Assembly: GCA_964016885.1 (NCBI GenBank)
Contig: OZ024749.1
Location: forward strand, 47,926,001 to 47,990,000
Direction: 5' to 3'
Length of the DNA stretch: 64,000 nt
DNA from: Eledone cirrhosa
Lineage: Eukaryota
Below, piece by piece: positions 13,487 through 26,929 of the stretch (position 1 is its first letter; every line of letters starts with the position of its first letter). The notes under the pieces are model-generated. The model saw nothing but the letters and a program-made list of their open reading frames with translations, did not search any database and was not told the origin of the DNA. The position numbers and the translations under genes were made by a program.

Positions 13487-16407
13487 GTAAGTTTGTATTT
13501 TTATGTTGGAAATATAGAACCTAACAATGTAAAGTTTCTGTCTCTTTACATAATCTTTTCAAATACATCCACACTGTGTCTGGGTCTTGGAAGTTATCTG
13601 ATCTCATGCGAATTGTTTTCTACCTGACTCGACTCACATATTTGTCTTCCCTTGTTTGCTCATATATTAATCAACCCCAAATTTCCCACAATGCCAATTG
13701 GCCAGGATCCCCAACCTTTTCTGCAATATGCTGGAATTTGCTGGTTGTATTTCCTGGAGATGCCAAATTTTATTTGTTCAGTAATTTCAAACGCATCAAT
13801 CTCATTGGATGATATATACACGAAGCTTTCCTCCATAACATATTACTCATGGTATATATGTCTTTAAATATTACTGATGATATAAACGAAGACCTGCAAT
13901 TCATAGTTATATACTAATGTAGTAGGCAGAAGTTGTATGAACAAACAAACTATTACATAAGAGTCTATTCGAAAACTGGGAGAACACTAGTACCACACTT
14001 TCATAAATCTAATGTCGTAATAACGTGGTTAAAGCACAAATTTGAAAGAAAAAAGAGTTTTCAGACAAATGTTACTAATATTAATAAAGCAGTTATAAAT
14101 TCTACTGATAACTGCTCTTTTCAATATAAAAATATAAAACCTTGTATTCCTGCAAAATAGAGATGAATGGCTCCTCCAAAACAACGTTATACAACCATTC
14201 AAACAATACAGCTGATACATTATGTATCAAGTCCCTGCATCAATTTCAAAGTAGATGTTGGGGTATAAGAATCAATTTTCTAATAGTTTCTCATGATGCC
14301 TATCTAATACATCTTTACATCTTCACATCTGATTCAGTTGCAGAGATGGTATTTTGCTAACATAAAATTGATATAATCTTAATGAAATTTACCTAACTTC
14401 CATTCGATTAAAATATTTAGACATTTTATGGAACTTTCGCCAATGTTAACATGCAATAAGTTATTTGATACAAACCTGCCATGGCTTGCTGCCAAGGTTT
14501 ACCAGTATACCATTACAGAAATTTCTGACACCGATAATTACTTTGTGAAAAGTATTTATCAATAATTGCAATTTAATTATTTCTTCTAAATGTATTAACA
14601 TTAACATGCCGTTATTTTAGTCCAAAAGCTTATGGAAGAATGGTTCGTTAATAGGGAGGAGGCGGTACTATTCCTAAAATCAGTGTACGATACTACGAGT
14701 AGTCATCAGCACAAATTTAATTACTTTCGTCTGTTACACTGCCAAAAACCGCCAATGGTTTCATTGTAAATTCAATTCAAATACAAATTTCCAGCTCATT
14801 TCTATATTGCCATGTGGTTCATGGACGAATAACAATAGCTTAAGTATTGGTATGATATAATTATTAGATTATCGGAGCATGCAGCAAATATTAATTCGAA
14901 CTCAACCTACTAGAGTATTAATATATAAGCGATATTTAAAATCTTTACTTCACAGGAATGGCTACTACATAAGGGTATAATTTTTCAATGTGGCTCAATG
15001 AGAAGGGGTTTCTGAAATTGTAGCAAGATGTTTGTAGACTGAAGCTGTACAGAATCCCTACATACATATGTATTCCGAATGTATGTGTGGATGCGTCTTT
15101 ACATACACACTTTAATGTAAAATCTTTACCGTTACACATTATCTCACCTTCACTTATTCTCTCTTTGTCTCCATCTATCTCCGTCTTTCTGTACATATAT
15201 ATATGTATGTAAATGGAGAAATAGATATATAGAGATAGGGAGAGAGTGAGAGAGAGAGTGAGTGATATATATAGATGGAGAGAGTGAGGTGTGTACTTAT
15301 GTCTGGTGTTTAAAGTTCGGTAACACGAAATTAAAACTGACAGCAAAACTTGGTTTCATCAAGCGCAGATGATTCTATCATCTCTTAAATAACCGGCCTA
15401 TAACTTTTGTTATAAATGTATATTGCTCGATGATACATTCGTAGTGGATGGAAACAATGGGAATGTTAGGTATACCAGGAATAAATAACGAGTGAGAGGG
15501 AGAAAGTAATAAACACATGTGCGAACGCGGACGAATGAGCATGCAACATATTACAAAGTGAATATCGAAGACAAAGAAAACGCCCTAGAAAAGTGAGATT
15601 GGAGAGTAAACAGGGAGGGCAAATGTGGAGAGGGTTGTGAACATTGTTAATTTAATTGCTTAGCTGATTAACCAAATGATAGATGAATTAATTACCTAAT
15701 TAATAAAAGGATTTTGCGTGAAAATGAATTGGGTGTTTTATTAGACAACATTGCTCTCTCTAAATACAACAATATCTGTTTTAACAAAGGATTTCTCATC
15801 AAATATGTTACAAACCAAATACAATATGAAAGAATATGCAGTATTTGAAGCAAGGTTGGAAACGGAATTGAATTTTGTTGGATGTAGGGACGCAGGATAT
15901 CAGGAAGCAGCTGTCCACTGCGTTTTCTATTTGAAAAGACAAATGTGTTCAATAACTAACAAGGATTTAAGGACTTGGGATGTTGTGTATACATTCGTTT
16001 CCTTTGCGTGGAGTACTCTTGAGCTTTCTAGTTGTATCTATTAGTAAGATAACGAAATGAAATAAAAAATAATCACGCATTTACTTTTTCTCCTAAGAGA
16101 TAATTAACGATAGTATCTGCTATTCTCAAACTTCCAAGCTACCTATCAGCAATCGACCTAATTGACCAAATATAATTAAAGTTTCTTTTCTATTATCTAT
16201 TTTTCGTTGAATCATTTAAATTCCATTTTCGTTGATTAACGTTTCCTTCGCACGGAAATAGATGCGCTCTTATTCACCACGATCCTGATATATATATATA
16301 TAGAGAGAGAGGTAGAACACCCATACGTAAACACTTTCGTAACTAAGCCTAATCAGTTAAAACGACAATGTGAAACCTCGGTTTGTTCTTTTTAATATAT
16401 ATATATA

Positions 16408-16735
16408 AATCCACCAATTAGTGGTAGGGCCCAACCGTATGAAGAACTCAGTGTAATCCGTGTGTAAAAGATGTCGTGATGCAAAGTTTAAAATACAAAA
16501 TTTCAATGATATAATTCATTGGAAGCAGAGTCAAAATAATACAAATAGTGCAACAATGAAATTAAACAAAATACGGGTAATTCATAGTAAAACTCATTAT
16601 TTTACGATCGTTTCTGGGGGGTAGTTATCCGTATGTTCATTCTATTAATGATCTATGTAAAATATATTACAAATTATCAAAGTAAGAAAATATAAATACG
16701 TCTTCCCGTCTTCGCCGTCTTCAGAAATAATTATT
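16408..16735 (-). mobile_element. PLE-type pLTR/tail fragment carrying a hammerhead, ending in (TA)n
   Basis: HHR at 16596-16731 followed on the minus strand by a ~190 nt tail with ACTGAGTTCT...GGGCCCTACCAC, then a TA run. Confidence 0.65.
16596..16731 (-). ncRNA. Type-I hammerhead ribozyme with ~103 nt expanded stem II
   Basis: Minus strand: ATTATTT-CTGAAGA-[103 nt]-GAAA-CGATCG-TA^AAATAAT. Perfect 7 bp stem I, intact core, palindromic stem III, GUA cleavage triplet; base of stem II imperfect. Confidence 0.7.
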
Positions 16736-16796
16736 TATTTACCGAACATTTATCATAATGCTCAGTTTGTCTGTAAACAAACAGCCCGCATTATTA

Positions 16797-16975
16797 GGGC
16801 GGTGAATTGGCAGTATCGGTAGAGGGTCAGATGCCATGCTTTCTACCATAGTTATGTCCCTTTATGATCTGAGTTCAAATCCCGCCAAGGTTAACTTTGC
16901 CTTTCATCTTTACGGAGTCGATAAAATAAAGTACCAGTAATATACCGGGATTATTTTCTGGCCCTGTTATTTTGC
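16797..16975 (+). mobile_element. tRNA-derived SINE, family A (best-preserved copy)
   Basis: GGCGGTGAATTGGCAGTATCGGTAGAG (A box), GAGTTCAAATCCCGCC (B box), core TTTGCCTTTCATCTTTACGGAGTCGATAAAATAAAGTACCAGT. Confidence 0.88.
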
Positions 16976-17568
16976 CTGAGAAAATATATCTATGTGTCCT
17001 TAAACAGTGCGCACATATATTTATTATTTCATATCCAATTGAGTTCTTCGAACGAGGCTTGAATTTTGTCAGAGTTCAATGGCCTGCGTGTATATTATTT
17101 TCGGCGGTAACTACTCTACCCATTTTCGGGACAGTGTGAGCTTTTCTTTAGAACTGCTGGACTTACAACCTAACAGTTCCTTCTAGCACTGACGGTGATT
17201 ATCGCTAAATATTGATATCGATGTATTTATTAATATTAATATGATTGGGCACCCACTGAAGATTTATAAGAGCCCACTTCCGTAAGAATCCATTGATCTT
17301 ACACAATCTTCTACATAACTTGGTATAATGTCACCCACCATGTAGACATCTTATAATGAAAGGATTCGTTTGGGTAATGAGTTATTTAATATATATCATA
17401 TAAAATAATACAGCCAATTATCCACACAATACAGAATAGTTAGTACCCCAAACGTTTAATTGGGAATATACTCCGGCATTTCCTAATGTTTGTGTTGAGT
17501 GAGTTGGAAATTGGTCGGAGTATCGCTAATAGCTTTATCCGTTTATGTAATTATGTATATATATATAT

Positions 17569-17606
17569 AGTAATAATAATAAATGTGAAGACTAAAATCC
17601 AAAGAT
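17569..17606 (-). mobile_element. Short terminal fragment of family C
   Basis: GTAATAATAATAAATGTGAAGACTAAAATCCAAAGA between TA runs; same as 40744, 59940 and, reversed, 43062. Confidence 0.75.
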
Positions 17607-19157
17607 ATATATATATGTACATTCTTGCAGACATACTGCATATATGGCTGTGATTCTGTGAATGTATATGTACGTGTGTACATGTGTACATGTGTATCTT
17701 TTTCTTATTACTTTCGCCCCAACATTTTCGATAGTATTTTTTTTGACGGTCCTAAAATGTTATGATCCCCTTATATTATATCCTTCCAATATGTATTGCT
17801 TTTTGTCTGCGTTTTACTTTACACTTATAATGTGTTTGGTCGTGCGTAAGTGTACGTATTTGTGTTTAAGAGTTTTTGACGGTTACACCTGTGGATATGT
17901 GTGTGTTTGATGGGCGAGTGCGTGTTCGTAACTTCTTGTGCCTGTGTAGTATGTAAATGTCTTCGAAAACAAAACACTCCACATGTGCTTGACAATGACT
18001 AACGTTTCGTTTCTAATCAATACCATTAATTTTTAAAATGAACGTCATATCAAATTAGATATTCTTGTACAGATTTGTTAACTTAGAGTATATAATATAC
18101 AATTAATTAGTAATCACTAAATGCGTATAACGTCTATTTAAAATCGAATGATTACGATTACAAGCATATATTACGAACTGGTTCTTAATTATACTACCGT
18201 TCGAAGAAACTGTAGCGAAAATGTTCTCATAAATTACAGGCTTCCTTGTCATGTTAATGTATACACAATATTGGTTCTACTTGGAGCGGCGGCAACTTTG
18301 CAGACGATGTTAATAAAAAGATATTCGATAAGCACATAATTCTTCATATTTTTAAACTTTTATTTAAATGTAAGACTGTATTTTTCTTTTCATTTTAAAA
18401 AAAATGTGTTTAACATATAAACAATAATGCTGTTTATCTTCTTAAATGTAAACTTTTGGTGTGCCAATATTAATCTATGTAAATGTTGCAAACATTGCAA
18501 ATTATAATCAGATCTTCTGATCAACCGATGGCTTTATGTGGTTTCATTTGTATGCTGAAACAATTTATTAACGCTATTTTGTATGTAAATGATTCATGTT
18601 TACTGCCTTCAACAATGAATATTTCCATACACAATTTCTCGACTCTCCGGCTAGAAACATGTAATTTCCAATATATTTCACCTATTTTGCAATCAATATC
18701 ATAAACAATTCAATAAAATTGTGCTGTTCAACTATCATACATATTATTACCTCCAGTTATCTAGCTTCGGGATATCGGAAGGGTATATACAACATGTGGC
18801 CGCTTATTTAGTAATGGATAGTGAATCATGTAGACGGGTTCTGCTGATGGTATCCACAAAGTTTGAAATTCGAATCAAGATATTAATTTCATTTAACCTA
18901 AAATAGGAGACAATTCAGATTACTACAATTACATAGGTAACACATTTATGTAGCCTATATGCTAAGCGTCTGTCAAAGGTATGTAGGGAGATTGCTGATT
19001 CTAACCTAGCCGATGAACAGTGTGTTTTTTGCACAGAACGCAGCAAAACTGCCATAATATTCATACTGTGAGAGGTCTGTCACAAATCTAAAAGACGGTT
19101 CATTCTAACAGGATCTGCTATAAGATATGTTTGAATGCGTTGCCTCTATCCTTCCAG

Positions 19158-19254
19158 AGGTGGACGAAGCAGAAGGAGAGGGTGAAGAAGAAATCTTTAC
19201 ATATTTAAACAAACGTGATTTTACTTCCTACAACCTGGATTCGGACAAAGTTAG
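19158..19254 (+). other. Candidate coding exon (acidic peptide followed by KR)
   Basis: Acceptor TGCCTCTATCCTTCCAG|; reads VDEAEGEGEEEIFTYLNKRDFTSYNLDSDKV; possible donor AG|GCAAGT or CAA|GTAACA. Confidence 0.2.
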
Positions 19255-19471
19255 GCAAGTAACAAATGCGACATACTTTTCAGGGCTTCTGTTAAAAGCC
19301 TGTATTGTTTCTACAGATATGAATTTATCATATAATATATCTATATATCAATATCTTTATAAATCTCTCCCTCTGTCTCTAGATTTTAAACGAAACCTGG
19401 ACAAGGAAGGAAACACACATTTAATGCTCATACACCCACACACATATATGTGTATATATATATATATATAT

Positions 19472-20680
19472 ATGAATCAAAATGGCGAGCTGTGTTGTTT
19501 CAAATAAGTATAATGAAAAATTAGAAATTAGAAGTTAGGATTATCCATCATCAGTTGTCTACTAGGCGTCATAGGCATTTCTTCGCGTTAAAGACAAGAT
19601 ACCTCAGCCTAGGGCGAAACAATAACTAAAGTAAGTTATTGGGATAAAAAGAAGTGGGTGGAGAAAGAGAAGGACATGTAAACAGACAGGATGGGTGATT
19701 CAACGTAAAGAGAGCAAAAAAAGGAAAACATCAAGTCAATAATTCATTTCGAACATAAGAACGGGCGAACTTTGATGAGGAGAAACTGATTACGTCTTGA
19801 CCATGCGAGTGTGAGCGAGAAGCAAGACCGCGTACAGTGTTGGATGAGGGAGGAAGTGAGAGAGAGGATGAGTAGCAGAGAGTGAGTGAGTGAAATTGCG
19901 ACGAGGAGGCTAGCCGAAATGAATTATTGACTTGATTTTTTTCATTCTTTCCACTCTTTACGTTGCCTTACCCATCGTGTCGGTTTACATGACCTTCTCT
20001 TTCTCCACCCACTTCCTGTTTATCCCAATAACTTACTTTAGTTATTGTTTCACCCTGGGTTGAGGTATCTTGTCTTTAACGGGAAGAAATGCCTATGACG
20101 CCTAGTAAACAACTATGATGGATAATCCTAACTTCTAATTTGTAATGTATCATTATACTTAATTGCAAAAACACAGCTCTCGCTATTTTGATTCATATAT
20201 GCTTCCCCTTCTGCTGTGACCTTTTCTCTTCCCTTGGTGCTAACCTCGCTCTCCCCCTTCTCTCTCGCCTTCTCCCTCTTACTTTTACTCACACCCTCTG
20301 CTAGTCACCCTCTCTCGGCTAGCCTCTTCCTCGCACTTTCACTCATTCACTGTCTGCTACTCACCGCGGTCTTTCTTCTCGCTCACACTTGCACGGTCAA
20401 GACGTAGTCATTTTCTCCTTGTCAAAGTTCGCCCGTTCTAATGTTCGAAATCAATTATTGACTTGATTTTTTTCATTTTTTCCTCTCTTTACGTTGCCTC
20501 GCCCATCCTGTCTGTTTATATGTCCTTCTCTTTCTCCACCCACTTCTTTTTATCCCAATAACTTACTTTAGTTATTGTTTCGCCCTAGGCTGAGGTAGCT
20601 TGTCTTTAACGCGAAGAAATGACGCCTAGTAGACAACTGATGATGGATAATACTAACTTCTAAATTCTAATTTTTCATTA
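19472..20680 (+). mobile_element. Non-coding PLE/retrozyme-like insertion, family D: inverted ~450 bp copy plus ~1.4 head-to-tail copies of a ~530 bp unit, flanked by (TA)n
   Basis: 19472-19919 is the reverse complement of unit sequence in 19920-20680; 19920-20158 repeats at 20451-20680; contains a decayed expanded-stem-II HHR (CTGATGA-T-GGATAA...TTATTT-GAAA). Confidence 0.85.
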
Positions 20681-20696
20681 TATATATATATGTATG

Positions 20697-20728
<32 letters not shown>

Positions 20729-21391
20729 AGAGAGAGAGAGAGTTCCATTACGTAGAATAATTTACACACGTAATCATGCCCGTTGAATTATCAAGAGTTA
20801 TGTTCTGTTTCGTTTGTTTTTTTTTAAATACGTGAAAATATTCTGTAGTACTGATGACTAGAATGCATATCTTGTAATTTCCTTTCCTTACGATGCTCTG
20901 ATCAATCTATTTATACATATATACATACTAACTTACTTTCTTAGAAGCTTCAGAAAATTTGCAATTGTTTACTACATTTCTCTATATATTTCCATTACGA
21001 TGTTCATGTTTTCCTAAGCGATTGTCTTAATAGCATACATTTTATATCAGTCAGCTTAAAAAAATATATATTTTTTTTGTGTCTTGCTGATTGCAGAACA
21101 AAGTATTAGCAATTATTATCGGCGTATTCATCAAAGATATCACTATAATTTCTCCAATATTACTCCACCACGCTATTATCAGCAATATAAGTAACGGACT
21201 TCTAAAAGTTTTGCTTTATTCTTTTTCTCTGTATTGATTGTCGACATCTACTTTTCCTGTTTCTACCCCTTGATTTTTCTTTTTTTCCTTTCTATCAGCA
21301 TATATTTCCAAACACGTTCTTGCCATTTCTTCTTTTGTTTTGAATGGTCTAGGAAATCTCAAAGAAATATTACGCCAATATATTGTAATGG

Positions 21392-21807
<416 letters not shown>

Positions 21808-22739
21808 AAGTAAGCGCAAATGAAGATCTCTTTATTTCATTAGTGGCATTATGCTAATTCGTCATTCGGCATGTATCAACTTAAGTAAGATGCTTTTGAT
21901 TTAGCTTTATAACATAGAATTGAAAGTTACGTTAATATCATATATATACATATATATCTATATATGTTTTACTTTTTATTCGTTCTTGTTATCGCTGCCC
22001 ATCTATTTCATGGACATGAATGATTAACTTTCGGTTTCCTTTTCGTGACAACATGGAAGACTATTAATTTCTCTACGTTTAGAGAAAGAAATGTTGATGT
22101 GAAATTACAGGGAAGGCAACAAATTAGTAATAGAAGAATGCATTCTAAGAAGTATCATTATTTTCAATAGGGAAAAGCAGTCATTGTTAACGCTGTAGAA
22201 AAATGTTGGGTAATATATATTGTGCACTCTCTTTTCTTTTTACCTACTAACTGGTTAGGTACGTTCTCCATTAACGAGGACGGTGTCCGCTGTAATATTT
22301 ACACTGTTGTTGTAATATAATTGGAATTCGATATGGAAACATTTCCTGATTTCAATATGTAAACTTGTTATTTTGTATTGATTTATATGTTCTAAATTCG
22401 ACTAAATTATAAATCGAAGTTATATAGAGTAGATGGATAGAATAATTAAATGAACTATATATTCATTGAAAAATGCACAATATACTGTTTATGCTTAAGG
22501 ATATTGAATATTGTAACTGTAAAAATATGTTAGTGTGAAACTTACATGAACATATTTTGCTGTTGGGGAAGTCAAGTAAACGCTCTAGAGACCCTCCTCA
22601 AATAATATTCTGTAATGGTTTATAAAATCTTGTTGGTTAATGTAATTATTGTTATACAATTGTTATACACAATAAATAAAGCTACTGCTGCGTCTGGAAT
22701 ATATTTATTCCTGTCTTATCAGTTAGTTAAGTGGAAGCT

Positions 22740-22960
22740 GAAAACACACAGATCTATTAATAGCCCCCAGGATAGTTCGCCGTAAGCGAGTTTTGAAGCA
22801 TAACTGGAACGTATGTGGCATCCTGGACCCGGATATAGTTAACCAAGTGACATATGCGACATGGAAACAGAGATCGTTTTCTGTCTAACGGCTGCAAAAC
22901 CTAAGGAGGGGTACATACTAAGAACATGAATTGCAAGAACAAATTTCTATGATCTAGTGA
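22740..22960 (+). mobile_element. Probable RTE-clade LINE 5' UTR/ORF-start fragment
   Basis: GC-richer island with AACGGCTGCAAAACCTAAGGAGGGG...AAGAACATGAATTGCAAGAACAAATT; recognised by resemblance only. Confidence 0.35.
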
Positions 22961-22973
22961 TACTACAAGCGCG

Positions 22974-23009
22974 GCGTTTTATTGTGTAAAACGTTTTATT
23001 GTGTAAAAC
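22974..23009. repeat. 17 bp tandem duplication
   Basis: CGTTTTATTGTGTAAAA x2. Confidence 0.85.
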
Positions 23010-23391
23010 CACTCAGTCGTAATTACACTCATTTCGGTCGGCGATTTAACGTTCCCTTCATATGCCTGCCCAAAGATTTGATGTTAAGAAGAAAATAAAC
23101 TACTGAGAAAATATTTTTAGAAATATCACTTAGTGCCAGCAGACTTATACACATCTCATTCCAACCATAGAAAAGAAATTTTAGTATTAACGACTTAATA
23201 TTTAAGATGACATATTTGATCCCAGCGGGATTTACTTGCATTTATTGTTAGGGTATGATTGAGTTTCTTTCAAAGTCTAAAACAAAATTATTTCAGTCAT
23301 ATTAAATAGATCAGATTAAAACCAATAATTTGTAGTTTCATTTTTCCAAATTATGATCTGGCATAAGTATGTATAGTACATTACAAACGAA

Positions 23392-23540
<149 letters not shown>

Positions 23541-24182
23541 CTGCGCATATAAATATGTGTCCATGTATGTCTCGGTGTGAGTAAACACATTTTAATAAAA
23601 TAAAAGATTAATTATGAGAGATACACGAAAATAAGCAAGATTTTCTTCATAGTTTTTTTATGAAAAAAGATAACACTAAATATTAACGCACAAGTAATGA
23701 AAAATGAATTGATATTACGTACACAATTCTAGACAAAAAGACGAATGCACCTTCATTTTTCCTACCGATAATTATCAATGGAAGGCTCCCAGAAGAGAAC
23801 ATCATACGGTTTCAGGAGAAAAAGTGAGTGTAAAAGTTATGGATATGCATCGCAGGCACCATATATTTACATTAAATGTAGCACTAAAATCTATGTATTG
23901 GTTTTTTAATTATTTAGCGGCGTTATCAATTATAACCAATTGTTTCCAAATGATATTAATTGTTATCTACAAAGAAAGAAAATTGGTAAACCTTGCAAAA
24001 CTATATTTTTTAAGCACATATTTTTCTGAAACCTATACACAAATGATGGAAACACATTTTAATTATTATAGTAATGTCAGTGCTCAACTTATAATGAAAA
24101 GTGTTATAGAAATATACATATTCAAAATAATCCCTCTCTAAAAACCACACACGCACGCAACATACACACATATATATTTGAC

Positions 24183-24281
24183 GGAAATGCTGTAGAAGCC
24201 ATTTCTATGTTAAATATTTACACTCTGCTGTGTATTGAATACCTTACTTACTGCGCTTACTCCCGATTGAACCCAGCTATG
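24183..24281 (+). mobile_element. PLE-type tail fragment, family E, with a decayed 3' half of a hammerhead
   Basis: GAAATGCTGTA (compare GAAACAGCTGTA), then ACTCTGCTGTGTATTGAATACCTTACTTACTG; second copy at 51165-51261; ends in (CA)n(TA)n. Confidence 0.6.
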
Positions 24282-24330
24282 CACACACACACACACACAC
24301 ATACACACACACACATACACACACATACAT

Positions 24331-24467
<137 letters not shown>

Positions 24468-24785
24468 CTAGACCTGAAAAATTCGCAAGCTCACTTAACT
24501 TAACTACACTCTCATTGTGAGACGAGGCGGAAAAGAAAATGCTATGTATTTTTATTCGTAATGCTAAGTTTTCGCATTGCCGGAAATGAGAGAATATCTG
24601 ATATGCAATACGTCCTTGATAATAAACGATACAATCTTATTTGTTTGTATATAAATAGTGTCTTGTACTGTAGTAACTACAACGAAATGAATGTTGACAC
24701 ATGACCACATTACCGAAATATACTAACAGATATACTTCTCAGCTAGAAGTTGAATTTCATTTTAAAAAGTAATACAGAAACACAT

Positions 24786-24838
<53 letters not shown>

Positions 24839-25594
24839 CTGTGTGTGTGTGTGTGTGTATGTGTTTGTGTGTGTGTGTTTTCGGGGGTGAGAGAGAGAGA
24901 GTGCGTGTGTGTGTGTATATACACAGAGAGACAGAGGGAGAGAGAGATACATTCCCACACCCGCATACACACATGTGAATAAATGTGTCTGTGAGTGCGT
25001 TTGTGAGCGTATATGTGTGCATATCACGCTGCGATCGTTTTAATCTGTGTACAATTAGATGCATTTTGTTGGTGTATGTATGATTAAGTGAATGTATTTG
25101 TTATAAATATTTCTATGCTTACTTCTCCACACATTTAGATTGTTTGATTAAATAGTGTACATCTGGCTGTACAGGAATATTGATGAAATTTTACTTTTGT
25201 TTTTGCCCCCATAGTAATGTGTTACATTTAATGTACAGATGTGCATACCGCACTGTAACGTTAAATAATCAAAGCCTAAACTTCAGTATATCACAGCATA
25301 AACTTCTGTATACTTGCCTAATATCAGACTACCTCCGGTGTAAAACGTGACAATACTACTTCGAAAGATAAAGGATAAAATCGAAATCAATTCAAATGTT
25401 TGGTAACAAAAGAATATTATCAAGTAACAGGAAATATTAGTTCCTAAATTATCTTGAACCAACGATAAACGAAATTCAAGTAATATTACGTGCCAATTGA
25501 GCATCTGAGTGTGAGCTACGTTTTAAATGCTTTCAACAGTATTAAACAGATATTCAACATCGTACGAAATCTCAAAGAGAGAATAAAGAAATAA

Positions 25595-25745
25595 TATTGA
25601 TTTCTAATTTCGGCACAGTGCCAACAATTTTAGGGAAGGGAAATACTATTAAATCGATCCCAGTGTGTTACTAGTACTTTATTTATCGACCCCGTAAGGA
25701 TGAAAGGCAAAGCTAACCTCGGCGGTATTTGAAATCAGAAGGAAA
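25595..25745 (-). mobile_element. tRNA-derived SINE, family A
   Basis: Reverse-complement core TACTTTATTTATCGACCCCGTAAGGATGAAAGGCAAAGCTAACCTCGGCGGTATTTGAA. Confidence 0.85.
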
Positions 25746-25791
25746 AAGGGATGCACGTCACAAATCATGTCCGATGCCACACTTATATATA

Positions 25792-25840
25792 TAGGACCCC
25801 GACGGCTGAGCTCCAGCCGTCGGGGTCCTACTCGTTTCTA
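25792..25840 (+). mobile_element. Family B copy 2: collapsed perfect hairpin
   Basis: TAGGACCCCGACGGCTG-agctc-CAGCCGTCGGGGTCCTA between TA runs; centre deleted between the two GAGCTC palindromes. Confidence 0.85.
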
Positions 25841-25865
25841 TATAAATATATATATATTTTTTTTA

Positions 25866-26006
<141 letters not shown>

Positions 26007-26580
26007 TTTATTGTGTATGTTGGTATAGGAATCGAGCAAGAATAGACGAAGGGAATGAAAAAGTCCATTTTGTAGGGCGGCGAAAATTAATAAGTATTTC
26101 AGGAAGGTTGCGACATATGCCTTCAGATATTATTCATTAATTTCAATGCTAAAATATATGCTAGCAACCATATACTATAAGCATAAAAGTAAAAAAAATA
26201 GGTAAATCGCTTAGCTAGCGTGACATAAATCTGTTTCATCGATTATTCATCTGGACAGCCGTTTTTGTACAATATATGGCAGTTGACAAGATGGCAGATA
26301 AAAGAATGGAGTGGTCAGTTTATATATGCATGAGAAATATCAACTGAAGTAAAAAAGCAGTGAAAAATAGTTTCAGCTTTTCTAATGGCGGAATAAGTTG
26401 GAGCATTTGAATATATGCTAATAGGTAAATATTAGATTGACACATATAACCCTAGGAATTGTATATTCTTAGCTCAGCATCCCTGAGAATGCCGTACAAC
26501 ATATCCCCAGTGTTATATTTATATATACATAAGTGTGTGTGTGTATGTGTGTGTGTGTGTGTGCGTGTGTGTGTTTGTGT

Positions 26581-26929
<349 letters not shown>

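Noticed and set aside
13576-13900. Possible LINE RT remnant (VFPGDAKFY resembling LFADDAKIY)
   Set aside because: Single weak motif lacking the catalytic DD; no other RT motifs recognisable
15751-16044. 97 aa ORF with protein-like composition
   Set aside because: Non-ATG start, no recognisable motif, no convincing splice sites
16797-16890. tRNA-like A and B boxes here and at 31170, 32552 and 52900
   Set aside because: No complete cloverleaf; each continues into a SINE body, so these are SINE heads, not tRNA genes
17995-18060. GAAACGTTAG half-hammerhead on the minus strand
   Set aside because: No matching CUGANGA or stem I within range; the short word is expected by chance
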